This document shows, in pieces, positions 42,146 through 55,020 of a stretch of 64,000 nt of DNA. Made by a program: the position numbers and the translations under genes. The stretch's first letter is position 1. Each line of letters starts with the position of its first letter. The notes under the pieces are model-generated. The model saw only the letters and a program-made list of their open reading frames with translations. It ran no database searches and had not been told where the DNA came from. Source of the stretch: Nemertoderma westbladi (lineage: Eukaryota > Animalia > Xenacoelomorpha). Location of the stretch: the NCBI GenBank assembly GCA_032718475.1, contig JAUCBJ010005260.1:14424-78423 (forward strand), read 5' to 3'.

Positions 42146-45100
42146 ATGGATAAACAATTGAAATGTCCATTTTGTCCTCTTCAAATTTCTAAACATAACT
42201 ATTTATCTCATCTAAAGTCGCATTTCCATGGTTATTCTTGTTTTAAGTGTCACGTTTTTACACCTAAAGAAGAAATTTGTAAACGACATGAATCAACTAC
42301 GGGATGCAAAGAAATGAAGTTTTGCGTGTATGAAAAAACTTGCCCTACTTGTAATAAAGAGTATTTATATGAGAATTATTTACGTCACGACTGTCACCAA
42401 CATTATTATCATGTTAGACCACCACGATGGAACCAAAACAATACTGTCGCATCTAGAAAAAGACTGAAATCTGGTCAAGGTCCATCAATTTTTAGCATCG
42501 AACGAGCCGCACACAATAACCGTTTAGAAATCTATGTTTACAATCTTCCGAATGATGAAGATTTTCCTGATATTCATGCGTCGATACTAAAAATTCTGCC
42601 ACACATTAAAAACTTATTATTAGGAAAACTTAGCGAAATGAATGTACTTAGACCCTGGCTAGGTGTTAATATACTCATGTATCGATCACATTTTTCAGAG
42701 GGAGACCAAGAAGAAACTTTCTATTTTAGTTCTTCAGGTGGTGCAGTTAATACCGTAGATTCACATGAAAGTTTTGACACATGGTTTGAGTATGTACTAG
42801 AAAAATTAATGCAAAAAATAGCCATATTTAACACTCGTGGCTCAGGATGGCGTGTTAAATCTTTATTAAGAGTGGAAATTAAAGTAGCTGAATCTAAGTG
42901 TAGGTCAGTGGAATATAAAGGTCACGGTTATATGGAGTTACCTAAGGCTCTATCAGTTAAAAAATGTGTTATAAATATACAAACGGCTGATAATGACTGT
43001 TTCAAATGGGCTATTATAGCCACAAAATTTAGTAGCAAAGTGAAAGATCACAAAAACCGTACTTCATCGTACAAAAATTATATGAATCATTTTATTTTTG
43101 ACAACGGGAACAAAGATTATCCAACAGAATGGCTGCTTGCAATTAAACTTTTTGAAAAACAGAATTCAGCATATATAATTAATTTATTACTCTACGACAA
43201 CAATCGAGTATCTATATTAAGACAGGCACCATTTAGTAAAATCACTCCAGATAAAGAGTTATTGAATATATTACTTGTAAAAAATAAGAATAAATCAAAA
43301 CAATCACATTATGTTTGCATAACTAACTTAAATCATTTGTTGAATACAAGAGGTAAGCATATTGGATGTAGGAAATATTGTGAACGGTGTTTGTCGCATT
43401 TCTACAGCAAGGATGTTCTAGAACGTCACCGTCTTGCTTGTTATCGAGGAAAAAGTCAAGTTGAGAAGCTACCATCTGAAAAAAGAACTCACATTAGCTT
43501 TAGAAATTTAGACAGAACATTACCAGCATTGTTTGTAATATATTTTGACATAGAATCTATTTTGGAGCCATCCAGCAACAGTAAATTTATTCAGAATCAT
43601 ATTCCATGCGCTGTAAGTTATTTAATTGTCCCTAGTACCGAATTAATCAATCCACCAAAATTTTATTTGAAGACCTTTACAAAAACAATCGACAACAACT
43701 GTATTCAAGACTTTTTAGACTCTGTATATAATGACATCACCCAATTATATAAGTGGTCAGAAGACCACACACACGAAATAATGATACTTAATGATGTAGA
43801 TAAGTTAAGTTTTTGGAAAGCTAAAACTTGCTTTTATTGCAATGTTTTATTTAAGGATAAATCTGAGAAAAACAAACATCACTCACATATTACTGGTAAC
43901 TATATAGCGGCCGCTTGTAACGCATGTAACCGCTCTTTATCGTTGAAACGACACATGTATATACTCGCTGCACACAACTGCAATCACTATGATTTGCATT
44001 TTCTTTTACAAGTTGGTTTTACCAACAATAAATATTCCGATTGGGATATAAAAGTGATCCCTAAAAATTCTGAAAGGTATATTTCACTAAGCATGCATAT
44101 ACCGGTGAAAGACTCAAAAACAAAGATTGAGCTACGTGTCTTAGACACATATCAATTTTTATCCTTTTCCCTAAGTACTTTAGTTGATTGTTCAACAAAG
44201 GATATAGACAGCGAGGATATAACATCAGTTCTACCAATTACTGAACAGCAAATGAAATATTTTTATCCGAATTTAAATAATGCAACAATTAAACGAAAAG
44301 GTATATTTCCCTACGAGTATCTGACAGATTTAAATAAATTCAATGATTCGAAATTACCATCAATAGACAAATTTTATAGTAAATTAACACAAAATACCTG
44401 TACTCCCGAGGAATATAGTTTTGCCAACGCATCATGGAGTCAGTTTGAGTGTACAAATCTCAAGGATTATCTTTTAGCATACTTAAAACTCGATGTTTGT
44501 CTCCTCGCTGATATATTTGAGAACTTTAGGAGAGTATGTAGACAAAACTACGAATTAGAAGTAGTTTATTATTGCAGTATCGCAGCTTTCACTTATGATT
44601 GCGCTCTGAAATACAATAAATGTAAGTTAGCATTAATAAAAGATTACCAAACATATAGAGATTTTGAAGCATCTATTAGAGGAGGGGTTTCATTCTGTCG
44701 AAAGCATTACATAGAATCAAATATACCAGATAGTGATAATTATGATCCAAGCAAGGAAGAGTGTCATATTTTCAATATAGATTTTAATTCCTTGTATTCG
44801 GGTAATTTAAGTAAAAAGCTACCTGTTTCAGGTTTTGAACAAGTCAACGTTACATATTTAGAGAATGCCGCTCCAGAAGAACTAATAAACTATTTAACAA
44901 ATCTTGATACTGAAGGGGATATTGGGTTTTTCTTAATTTGCGATTTGAAATATCCCAAAGATATTCATGATCGTACATTAGAACTACCCTTAGCCCCAGA
45001 ACATTTAAGTATAAATGAGACAATGCTTTCACCATATATGAGGGAACAATATAATCATGTATGTAAACAAAGAGGTACTAATAGCAAGTATAAGATGTGT

Positions 45101-46161
45101 GCTCCAAAACTTATGCTGACACAATTCGATAAAGAATTCTATCATGTAAATTTGAAACTATTAAAATTTTATATAAAACAAGGTTTAATTGTTACTAAAC
45201 TACATAAATTGTATTCTTTCCATCAAGACTTTGTATTTAAACCCTATATAGATTTTAATATTAATCAAAGGCGAGTAGCAAAAAGTTACATTGAAACAGC
45301 TGTTGCAAAGCTTCTAAATAATTCATTATTTGGAAAAACAATAGAGAAGATAAGAGATCGATGTAACTTTCGTATCGCTAATAGCAATGAGAAATGTGAT
45401 TTATTGGTAAAACGTATAAATCACGAAAATTTCATGATTTATAACGATTCCTTATCGGGTCACTTATTAGTAAAAGACTCTGTAACTCTCGATAAGCCGG
45501 TCTATATAGGTAGTACTGTGTTGGACTTGGCTAAATTGGATATGTATGAGTTGACTATAATAAATTACTACCTATTGAGAAAGAATTAAACTGTCGTATT
45601 GAAATTGTAGCATCAGATACGGACTCTTTAATAGGTTGTTACTATAATACATCGCAGAATAATTTTTTAAAAGCATTAATTAAAAATAATATTCTAGATA
45701 CATCCAATTACCCCAAGGATCACCCTCTCTACAGCGATAAAAATAAATCCAGGCTCTATTACTGTAAAGACGAGTTGTGCTCGAGAGAGATTAAACAAGC
45801 AGTATTTTTAAGACCAAAATTATATTCAATTTTGGAATGGAATGAATCAAATATACGACGGGCGAAAGGAATAACAAGAGCTGTCGTGGATAAAAATATT
45901 TGCCACGAAGATTATTTAAGAGCATATAACTCAAACGAGGAAATTTCCAAGGAAACGCATCAATTTCAGAGCCAATTACACAAAATGTACACTGTAGCAC
46001 GAGATAAGTTTGCTCTCAGTGCATTTGACGATAAACTTTATTGGGTTAATAAAAATCATTCACTTCCCTGGGGTCACTATCAAACAAAGGTTGAAAAACC
46101 GATAAAGAAAAACAATATACCTATTTATCGGGAACCAAACAATGAACTATCAGATAGTTAA
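42146..46161 (+). pseudogene. polB: Protein-primed DNA polymerase B, frameshifted near 45550
   Basis: GSGW, YFDIES, AHNCNHYD, LDTYQF, KGIFPYEY, DFNSLY, KLLNNSLFGK; then SDTDS and LRPKLY in the second frame. Confidence 0.95.
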
Positions 46162-48312
46162 TAAGAATGTAAGTTGCCAGCAAGTGTCAGCGATTAAGGG
46201 GGGGGGGGGTACACCCCCCTATGGACCTTTTTTGCAAATGGCTATAATTTCTGCTTGTGTGTAATTTTGTATATTTTATACCTTTCGGGGGATCAACATA
46301 TGGCCAAAGATTGGGTTCAAAATAAAATTTTCAAATTTGCGTCGCCCTCTAGCGGCCACCAGCGAAATTGTTAATTTCACTAAAAACACTACTAGTCTCA
46401 CAATTTTGGGCGAAAATTTTCGAAACTTGGTTTTTCTGAATCAGCATCCTCGGCTCCACAAAACTTATCGGTTACATTTTTTATTTAGGTCTTAAATATT
46501 TTTTAAATATTATTAACTAATATTAATTATTACTTAATAGATATTAACTAATTTCAAGAAATTAATATGGCACAATTCAAAATTCTAACCGATAACTTTT
46601 GATCAAAACCCGAAAAGAAATCAAACAAAAAAAAAATTTCGAAAATTAGTTAAGAAATGGCTGAGTAGTAGTATTTTGAATGTGAAAAATACAATTCCGA
46701 GATAAACGCATTTAAAGTTTAAGAACAATATATTTCAAATGTTCCCGCTATTTTCAGTACTGGTATCTCCTTTTCTTTTCCCATTGGTTATCCCCTATCC
46801 ATATTTTGTGATTTCTCAATGGATTTCATGAAATTTGGTTCAAAAAAACCCCTACCCACTTTTAACAACCTGTTAAAATAATTTTAGAGTGCTTGCCAAA
46901 AAACACTTCGCGCAGCACGTGAACAAATTACATTTTGGCGTATTGATTTGATCGCATACTATTTCGTCATTTAATAATAAATAGTCATGGAATAATGAGA
47001 TAACCTTAAGAAACATTCAAAATTATATAAAAATTTCCACATAATTTTATAATAAGCCTTTACACAGAACATTAAGCTTTGCGCAGCACGTGAAACCTTC
47101 GCGCAGCACGTGAGACATTTGCGCAGCAGGTGAAGGTTTCACGTAGCACTTAAATTCTTCTTAAAGCACGTTAATTAATCGAGCACCTCGGAAAGCTTTT
47201 TGATCAGAATGAGAAGCCTTCACGCGGCACATGAAAAGTTCATGCTGCACATGAAGACTTCGCGCAGCACGTGAATTATTCTCAGAGCCTGCGGAATTAA
47301 AAAAAAATAAGTTTATGGTTGTTTCCCAGAAAAAATATTACTAGCTATTGTTATATGATGGTTCACATTTGTTATTACTAGTAGACAACTAGTCCATTAG
47401 ACAACTGTTCAATATGTAATACAAAACTCACAAATATCTATTAAATATATATTAATTAAAATTTGACGGACATGTTGACAGACAGACAGACATACAAACA
47501 GACAGACAAACTGAGAGACAGACTGAGATACAGACATAGTGATTAGATAATTCCAAATATTAAAACAGACATCGACATTAAGAAAAATCGTAACAGTAAA
47601 CATTTCAGATTGCTTATTTTATGCCCTTTTTAATATTTCGATGGATAGACAGACAGACATACAGACGGAAAACCAGCCATTACTCGAGAAGTAAAAGAGA
47701 TCTCGCTAAGCCGTTTCCAGATTTGAAATCCGCATTAAATTCTACTCTAGATGAAATAAAAAAACAAAAAATGAAAATTTTGACCTGAGGGGGGGTGTAC
47801 CCCCCCCCCTTAATTTTAAAGAATTAAAAAATCAATTATCTGGTAAACACATACTCAAACCAAATCAGTTTATATATAAGATATTTGGTGCCACATTATT
47901 AATATTTAAAAATGGTCGTATTACATTATTAGGCAGTAAGTACAATTTCCAAAAAGTAAAAAAGCATATATTTGATAAAACTAGTATTAATTTGATTTTA
48001 AAATCTGTTAATTTATGTACTTATATTTTTAGTATTAAGTCTGTAGTCTACAGGTTATTGATAAACAATACCGGGTTTTATGTTGTCTTTGATAATGTGC
48101 AACTTCAAGTTATATATGAACCTGAAATTTTTAATAATTGCAAAATAAGAATAAATAATACCGTAGTCATTTGCTGCTTTCATACCGGTAAATGTACTTT
48201 AATGTGTTCACCTAGCAAATTTCACATTTATTACCCTATATTTAGTAAACTTGTTAATTATTTATTAATGTTTGGTGTTGTGACTTTAGGTGTAGAATAT
48301 ATTGGTGATTAG
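46142..48312 (+). pseudogene. TBP-like gene (184 aa reconstructed: 46142-46197 + 47814-48312), split by DNA transposon
   Basis: Removing the TTAA insertion restores one frame containing ATLLIFKNGRITLLGSK and YEPEIF...VVICCFHTGKCTL. Confidence 0.75.
46198..47809. mobile_element. Non-autonomous TIR DNA transposon, Kolobok-like
   Basis: TTAA TSD (46194-46197, 47810-47813) and TIR GGGGGGGGGGTACACCCCCC. Purine (RR) termini fit Kolobok better than piggyBac. Internal TTCGCGCAGCACGTGAA repeats; no transposase. Confidence 0.85.
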
Positions 48313-49187
48313 AAGGTGAAAATTAAACATTATTATTTTTCATTCGATCTATCGGTAGTTAGGGAAAACTAACCTCGTTTGAATAAGTATGACTCTCACG
48401 GGCTGACTGCGTGCCTAGCTGCGTGGCTGACTGCATGACCGACCGCGAGGCTAACTGCGTGCCGCGAGGCTGGCTGCGAGGCTGGCAGCGATGCTGCTCG
48501 CAAGGGTGGCTGGGCGGCTGCGAGGTGGACCACATCCCAGCAACATGGCTGACTGCGCACACATCCGATTGTAACTGGCTCACGATATTGTATACAATGG
48601 TTTAGTTTGTTACTGCGGGTACTGTTACATTAATACTGTAGTAGCGGTACTGCGGTACAATGCTAATTAAAGGAAATCAGCATGCTGTATCTGACTATAC
48701 TGTTACAACAACAACAGTGACAGTACTGCAGTACTGTATTGTTTGGGTAGGGGATCTAATCCCTATATGTGAGAGCCACGCATACCTTCTAGGTTATGAC
48801 AGCAGTATGCTAATCAAGGTTCGGGTAGACAGCAGTATCCTTATAGGTGAAAAAAAACAAATGCTATTGCATCAGATTACTGCTGTACTGATAAAGTGGA
48901 TGACAGTTGTGGATAGGAGCTGCGTGGTTGACAGCATCTCCGCAGTGTGGCTGACTGCGTACACATCTGATTGTAACTGGCTCACGATATTGTATACATT
49001 GGCTTAGTTTGTTACTGCAGGTACTGTTACATTAATACTGTAGTACTGGTACTGCAGTACAATGCTAATCAAAGGAAATCAGTATGCTGTATCTGACTAT
49101 GCTGTTACAACAACAACGACAGTACTGCAGTACTGTATTGTTTGGGTAGGTGATCTAATCCCTGTATGTGAGACCCCTGCGTGTAAT

Positions 49188-50781
49188 AAATTGGCGATAT
49201 CTCCTTTGCAGAAGTGAAGGCTGCTGCAAAGAGCATTAAGACCAATCGTGCCAGTGGAGTAGATGGTGTTCCCCCTGAGGTCTTTAAAATACCTGAGTGT
49301 TTAAAGCTCATCTATCCCATCATAGTAGACATGTACCGTACAACAAAAGTCCCACAAGAAATGAAAACAAATAAGTTGGTGCCAGTTCCCAAGAAGGGCA
49401 ACCTAACACTCTATGGTTCTTTTCGGGGAATCTCATTGATCTCGATTGCTGCAAAACTATACAATAGAATTCTATTAAATCGCATCAGGGATCCCATTGA
49501 GAGACTGCTACGTGGAAATCAGAATGGGTTCCGTAAAGGTCGTGGGACCATGGAGCCCATTTTGGCACTTAGAAGGATAATTGAAGAGTTATCAAAAAAG
49601 AAAGACAGGCATCTGGCTGTTATCTTTGTTGACTTCTTCAAGGCCTTTGATTCAGTCTCTCGCTCACGTATGTTCAGCATACTTTCATTATATGGGATTC
49701 CTGATGAAATTATTGCAGCAATCAGATCAGTATACGATGGTTCGACAACATTTGTGTCTACTGTTGACGGTGACACAGAACCATTTGAAGTGTTATGGGG
49801 CGTCCTCCAAGGAGACACACTTGCACCATTCTTGTTCATTATTGTGGTTGACTATGTTCTACGCATGTCCTTAGATCATCATAATGATGATGGGGTGATG
49901 ATAACTCCACCTACTGGCTCCAGAAGTCGAGGAAATCCTGCCAAGTACCTAACTGATCTAGACTTTGCTGATGACTTAGGAGTACTCTCAGAATCATTAG
50001 AGGGAGCCCAGCTGCTCCTCAGCTCATTAGAACATGCTGCTTCTAGTGTTGGTCTTTTTATTAACTCCAGAAAGACCAAAATTCTGACAGTTAACTTTGA
50101 AAGTCCTCAGCAAGTCTCTGATCGGATGAGCATAAGCTCAAAGGATGGTATGCTTGAGCATGTGGACGACTTCTGTTACCTGGGATCATGGATCCGAAAG
50201 TCAGGTGAGGACCTTCGAATACGTAAGGGAAAGGCATGGGCAGCCTTGAATAGGCTTTCCAGGATTTGGAAGTCACCTAGAATTAATCGGAAACTTAAGG
50301 TCCGATTATTTAGAGCAGCAGTAGTTCCAGTACTCCTCTACGGGAGTCCATGCTGGGCTCTAACTGCTGAGGACACCAAATCTCTGGATGGCACATTCAC
50401 AAGAATGCTACGCCGGGTACATTGTGTCAAGTACAATGCACACATCTCCAACCAGACACTATATAACATTGGAGGTGTCTCATTGATTCCCCCAAGCTTG
50501 ACACTAGAACAAAATCGCCTCCGCTTTGCAGGACATTGCTTTCGCCGTGAGGACCAGCCAGTGCATAATCTTGTACTTTGGCAGCCTCATGGAGTGAATA
50601 AGCATGGTGGACAGCCCATGACTTTCTTGAGACGCATCTTAAAGGACACTGGCCTTAAAGATGCGGATGATCTAGCAAATGTCATGGGTGATAGGGAGTT
50701 GTGGCGGTGCAATTTTGTTGACAAGCCGGCACAGCATTCTTAAAAATGCAGCTGCAATGCAGCATGCCGATCCTAGTAGTA
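49188..50781 (+). mobile_element. 5'-truncated RTE-like LINE (same family as 33595-36060)
   Basis: TSD GCGTGTAAT (49179-49187, 50782-50790), very short 3' UTR and (TAG)3 tail. Confidence 0.93.
49214..50743 (+). CDS. LINE reverse transcriptase (5'-truncated, open)
   Basis: FVDFFKAFDS, GVLQGDTLAPFLF, DFADD, FCYLGS, RLRFAGH. Confidence 0.93.
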   Translation: MKAAAKSIKTNRASGVDGVPPEVFKIPECLKLIYPIIVDMYRTTKVPQEMKTNKLVPVPKKGNLTLYGSFRGISLISIAAKLYNRILLNRIRDPIERLLRGNQNGFRKGRGTMEPILALRRIIEELSKKKDRHLAVIFVDFFKAFDSVSRSRMFSILSLYGIPDEIIAAIRSVYDGSTTFVSTVDGDTEPFEVLWGVLQGDTLAPFLFIIVVDYVLRMSLDHHNDDGVMITPPTGSRSRGNPAKYLTDLDFADDLGVLSESLEGAQLLLSSLEHAASSVGLFINSRKTKILTVNFESPQQVSDRMSISSKDGMLEHVDDFCYLGSWIRKSGEDLRIRKGKAWAALNRLSRIWKSPRINRKLKVRLFRAAVVPVLLYGSPCWALTAEDTKSLDGTFTRMLRRVHCVKYNAHISNQTLYNIGGVSLIPPSLTLEQNRLRFAGHCFRREDQPVHNLVLWQPHGVNKHGGQPMTFLRRILKDTGLKDADDLANVMGDRELWRCNFVDKPAQHS

Positions 50782-51283
50782 GCGTGTAATCCGGATCATG
50801 ACAGCAGTATGCTATTGCTTCAGATTACTGCTGTACTGATACCAGTAGACTGTGACTACAGTGTTGGAAGAGTAAAACACTACCGGTACTGATAAAGCGG
50901 ATGACAGTTGTGGTTAGGCCTATAATAAATTATTGAATTTATCAGTACCGGTACCAACAGGTTAACACTACATCCTATACAGTTTATGTTGCATTTCTGA
51001 CTAATATTACTAGTCAACTACTGTATGTGTTATTAGTTTGCGATGTATAGGATGTTTCACAATACCAGTACATCTATATTAGAATGATATTGAGAATACT
51101 TACTGTACATGTTACGTCTACGTCATATTGTTAAATGTGTATGGTTAACCTAGCGCAATTGACTCTTTTTTAGAGAACTTGTTGTAAAAAAATTATATTT
51201 TATTATATTTTTATATTAACATCAAGATCATCACCAAAATAAAATTATATTATATCCCATTACATTACAAGCTTACAGTAAAC

Positions 51284-51853
51284 CTACAGTACATCTTCCA
51301 CCGCAGTTATTTCTTTCTGTTTATCATCATCATCAATCGCAGTTAAACGCTTTCTCACGAAAAATCGTTTCAATTCAAACCCACCGACCTGTTTTGCAGA
51401 GCAATACCGCAGACAGTTATCCTTTGTGTTTAAGTGGAACGCACATTTATTTTCTAGTGCAATAAATTGATCGTGGAAGCGACAGGGGGTTAAATAATTG
51501 TAATATTGCTGATTATATATCCACAATTTCTCCATCAAATTTGGTGCGAGAACATCAAGTTGGGAAACTAATATTGCCCATTTCATCAACCCAAATATAT
51601 GTATATTTTTTTTATATTTTAAATGTCTCTTCATGTATTTTTTAAAGTCATCTTGCGAAATGTCACCGTAATCCCAAGGTAAATGCGAATTCATGTCTCG
51701 TAAATTGTTTACGTGGGCTACATCTAAAGCTGACGTCTTTACATTAGTTTTGGTGTAATTAGAATCGAATATAGCAAATTCTTTAAATACTACCGGATAC
51801 TCTTTATTGTCTATCTTATAATATTGAAAATCAACAAAAATAATATTATCCAT
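51284..51853 (-). CDS. Polinton ORF, DEDD-like exonuclease fold (tentative)
   Basis: IIFVDFQ....VVFKEFA, H.LPWDYG, C.FH......C pattern typical of a recurrent Polinton ORF. Confidence 0.55.
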   Translation of the reverse strand: MDNIIFVDFQYYKIDNKEYPVVFKEFAIFDSNYTKTNVKTSALDVAHVNNLRDMNSHLPWDYGDISQDDFKKYMKRHLKYKKNIHIFGLMKWAILVSQLDVLAPNLMEKLWIYNQQYYNYLTPCRFHDQFIALENKCAFHLNTKDNCLRYCSAKQVGGFELKRFFVRKRLTAIDDDDKQKEITAVEDVL

Positions 51854-51884
51854 TTTATCTGATAAACAAAAGTTAAATGATTAA

Positions 51885-52340
51885 TTACAACGCTTGTTGG
51901 TTTATTTTATAATAATTAACAAGCCATTTATATAATATTATTTCATTTATTTCCAAATTATTTGTAAACGCACTCATTGGATAGTTTGTTTGAATTCGAT
52001 TTACCAAGTAATAAAGACAGTATAGACCGCATGTGGTCCTCCTTGGGTCTTGAAATTGTTTGCGAGTAGTACGCCATCTTGCGGAATTTTTCTCAAGCCA
52101 TTTTTCGATGCATCTGTTTGGATATTTTGATCCGAATGAATCAAATAATTCAGCCTCATTATCTCGTATATATATTGCGATCCAATGAATCCTGGGTAGA
52201 TGCTCTTTATCGGTATTTACTATTAACCCATAATCTCTCCGCTTATTATTATTATCTAATTTAGGTAATTTATTAGCTGGAAACGCTCCCAAATAGTGAC
52301 CACCCACTGGAAACATATCAAGGTCCTCTGTAGATAACAT
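51885..52340 (-). CDS. Adenain-like cysteine protease
   Basis: IVNTD....HWIA, FDSFG, Q.....CGLYC. Confidence 0.92.
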   Translation of the reverse strand: MLSTEDLDMFPVGGHYLGAFPANKLPKLDNNNKRRDYGLIVNTDKEHLPRIHWIAIYIRDNEAELFDSFGSKYPNRCIEKWLEKNSARWRTTRKQFQDPRRTTCGLYCLYYLVNRIQTNYPMSAFTNNLEINEIILYKWLVNYYKINQQAL

Positions 52341-52342
52341 AC

Positions 52343-53602
52343 TTAATCGATATGTATTTCTTTCCTGCTATTTAAACTTAATGATTGATCATAAATATTA
52401 AAAACGATTACATTTATGGTTTCAACCAACGGTTCGGCAAATCTTAATTTTAATTGGCCGTTAGTATATATCGACGGTTGCGGATCTCTAACATAGCCGT
52501 CGGCGGTTAGGTCCCAGGATAGGAGGGGGCAATTACCTAAGTAGGTTTCATGGTCTATATTATTACCTCCATAACCGTTAATATATGTATTAATGTTCTT
52601 CATTAATTGAGTATACTCAAAAATATATGTTCCATCTGTAAAATTAGGCTCGTATATTACACCACCTACTGGAAGACCGTCTACAATCAGTTCCGCGCGT
52701 CTAAGGTTGAAATGTTCAAATTTCAAGGGATTGCTAATTAATTCTCCCGAATAAGCGTTATTTGTTATGAAGCCGATAATAACTAATTTGGGTTTTTTAC
52801 CATCAAATATGTTTGTTTGGGTGTAATTTGTGGTTTGAGCGGGAATAGTAAATGTTGTAACCTCCTTTTTTTGGAATTGATATTCAATATCGTAACTCTC
52901 TAAACCTTTTAGGTGACTGCTTTCTATTACCGGATTAACCTACATTCTAGGGATTAGGATCTTTACTTCATCTAATTCTAGTCGAAGATTTGTCACTGCG
53001 TTTGCGTTTGGAATGATTTTAAAAATAAACGAATTTGATACTTTTCTAAAATGCATTCTTAAATCATACCCGGGTTGTATTATTTTAGTTTCAGTATCAA
53101 AATCAATCGTCAATCCACTTACAAATTGCATTTGTTTACTAAAGGCATCGTCAATAGGATGCGCACCGGGATCAATTTCATTTCCGTGTTCAGATAAAGG
53201 CTGATGAAAGCCACCCGCACCCAGTAGCCCATTTTTATCCTCGTAAGTTGTAAATAATAAATTGGATAAGTACGACTTGTAGAAATAATGGTTATTGCTA
53301 TTTTCAACCTGCTTCTCATTAAGGTCTATTTTAATATCACTCCACATAGTCCCAGAAGGGTAATTCAACATATATATATGAGAGTTTTCAAGTCGTCTAT
53401 CCCACCGTACAGTACATTTTGTAATTAATAACGCATCTTGCAGTTTCGTATAGAATTCATTGGATCTCGGTACAAGGAACGTGACTTACCTAGACTCACT
53501 TCTGAGATTAGATACAGGGTAAATTGTTTCATAATGCTTTGCTTTAAATTCAGTCTGTATTGGCTGTGTAGAAAATAAATCTAATTCCTTAATAATTGAC
53601 AT
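52343..53602 (-). pseudogene. Major capsid protein (double jelly-roll), frameshifted
   Basis: Starts MSIIKELDLFSTQPIQT; NNHYFYKSYL; C-terminal NP.KFEHFNL...WDLT...LKLRFAEPL. Confidence 0.85.
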
Positions 53603-53604
53603 TA

Positions 53605-54164
53605 TTAAAAAATACTTTTTTCGCAGTGTTTCAGTTTGCCTTTTATTTTTCTCTTTTTACTACGTCGATGATGTATGTTCATAGACATTGGTCTAGCGGG
53701 TCGCTTTAAATCTCTATAAACTTTTTCTACAACTGACCTTGTTGACGGTTTCATTTTATTTAATGCTTTATTAATAACCGTATTAGCCTGCTGATATAAG
53801 ACCCGCTTACCTTTTGGTATTACGTGTTGTCTCATAAATTTTGTGGTAAATGTAAAGCTTTTTGTAAAACTTTTTTAGCTAATGGCTTACCAAATTTTTT
53901 CAATGTCGATAAAGCGTCTGTAAATATACCTTCTCCGTGTTGATTTGCCCGCATACCTCTACGATAACGCTGAAAACGACGTTGTTTTAAGTTTGGACCA
54001 AATGCACCAATTTGTTGACCGTAAGGGTCAATATATGAACCACCTCGAAAAACAGGAACTTGCGTCGAGCCTCTCGTACTTCTACCACCTTTAAAAACAG
54101 CAAGATTAGAGTCTGCACCACCATATTGAGGTTTACTGTATCTTTGAAATAAATCAGAATCCAT
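53605..54164 (-). CDS. Basic core / membrane-lytic-like protein(s), probably one frameshifted gene
   Basis: QYGG and QHGEG|IF..LKKFGKPLAK (protease site plus amphipathic helix); Arg/Lys-rich tail. Confidence 0.6.
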
Positions 54165-54165
54165 T

Positions 54166-55020
54166 TTAATTTATTCGTTTAAAGTGTAATGTAATAGATG
54201 TTGTCCCGTATTCAAAATTCAAATCTTTTCCTTCTTTGTCTGTTATTTCAATATGAATGTATGTTATCTTATATGATTTTTTTACAGGGATATAATGAAT
54301 TGTATCCTTGACAAATTCTTTATTTATTACGCTACCATATTTCACGTCATCAGGTATCGCAACACGACGAAGTAAAGCTAAACCAAAGTCATTAATATAT
54401 TGATTTTCAATTATATTAGTAGTCACGTACATGTTCGATTTAGGTTCTGGAATAGAATTGGGTGGTTGAGGGCATAAAAATACCATCTGGTAAGCTTTTT
54501 CTCCATTTCCGATAACCTTTATTAAATAACCCTTTATGTTATTTTTCGTCTTCAAAATAATTTTAAAATTTGGATTTAAATTCGCACCGAGATTATTTTC
54601 AGTAATTCCAAAATAATAGGCTAATTGTTGACCTATAAATAACTCTCGTACAGTTTTCCCTAAAATAAATTGCAACCTATTTTGCTGAGTATTTTCAACT
54701 ATTTGTAATTTATCTTTCAACGCCCCCGTGTTAAAATAATCTATAATGTCATTGATACTGTAGAACAAGCCGGATGGAAGTTTATCCTCAAAATTTTTTT
54801 TCCCTTTTTTTAATAAAATAACATTCTCTACATTGTTATACATGGACGGCAACGTAGCTAAGTAAAATATACTTTTTATACCTACCACCCAGTTTTTGTT
54901 TGGATTTATAGGTAAGGCTCCATGAAAATTGATCTGATAATTACTAGCGCTATTGCGGGGAAAATCAATTGGACAGGAGTTACTCGGTAGTCTAACGTAG
55001 AATTCATCCATCATCCCCAC
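54166..55020 (-). CDS. Minor capsid (penton) paralog 1
   Basis: FYVRLPSNS..FP.N.ASNY; YVTTNIIE.Q......LLR; G.T.ITLHFK. Confidence 0.85.
   Translation of the reverse strand: MGMMDEFYVRLPSNSCPIDFPRNSASNYQINFHGALPINPNKNWVVGIKSIFYLATLPSMYNNVENVILLKKGKKNFEDKLPSGLFYSINDIIDYFNTGALKDKLQIVENTQQNRLQFILGKTVRELFIGQQLAYYFGITENNLGANLNPNFKIILKTKNNIKGYLIKVIGNGEKAYQMVFLCPQPPNSIPEPKSNMYVTTNIIENQYINDFGLALLRRVAIPDDVKYGSVINKEFVKDTIHYIPVKKSYKITYIHIEITDKEGKDLNFEYGTTSITLHFKRIN

Larger units (their letters stand above)
48360..51000. repeat. Non-coding repeated region (~400-bp-period duplication) between convergent Polinton gene blocks
   Basis: 48545-48790 resembles 48945-49180; 48855-48915 resembles 50808-50915. 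Confidence 0.7.

Noticed and set aside
46198-47809. piggyBac element
   Set aside because: TTAA TSD fits, but the termini are GG.. rather than CC..; no transposase to confirm either family.
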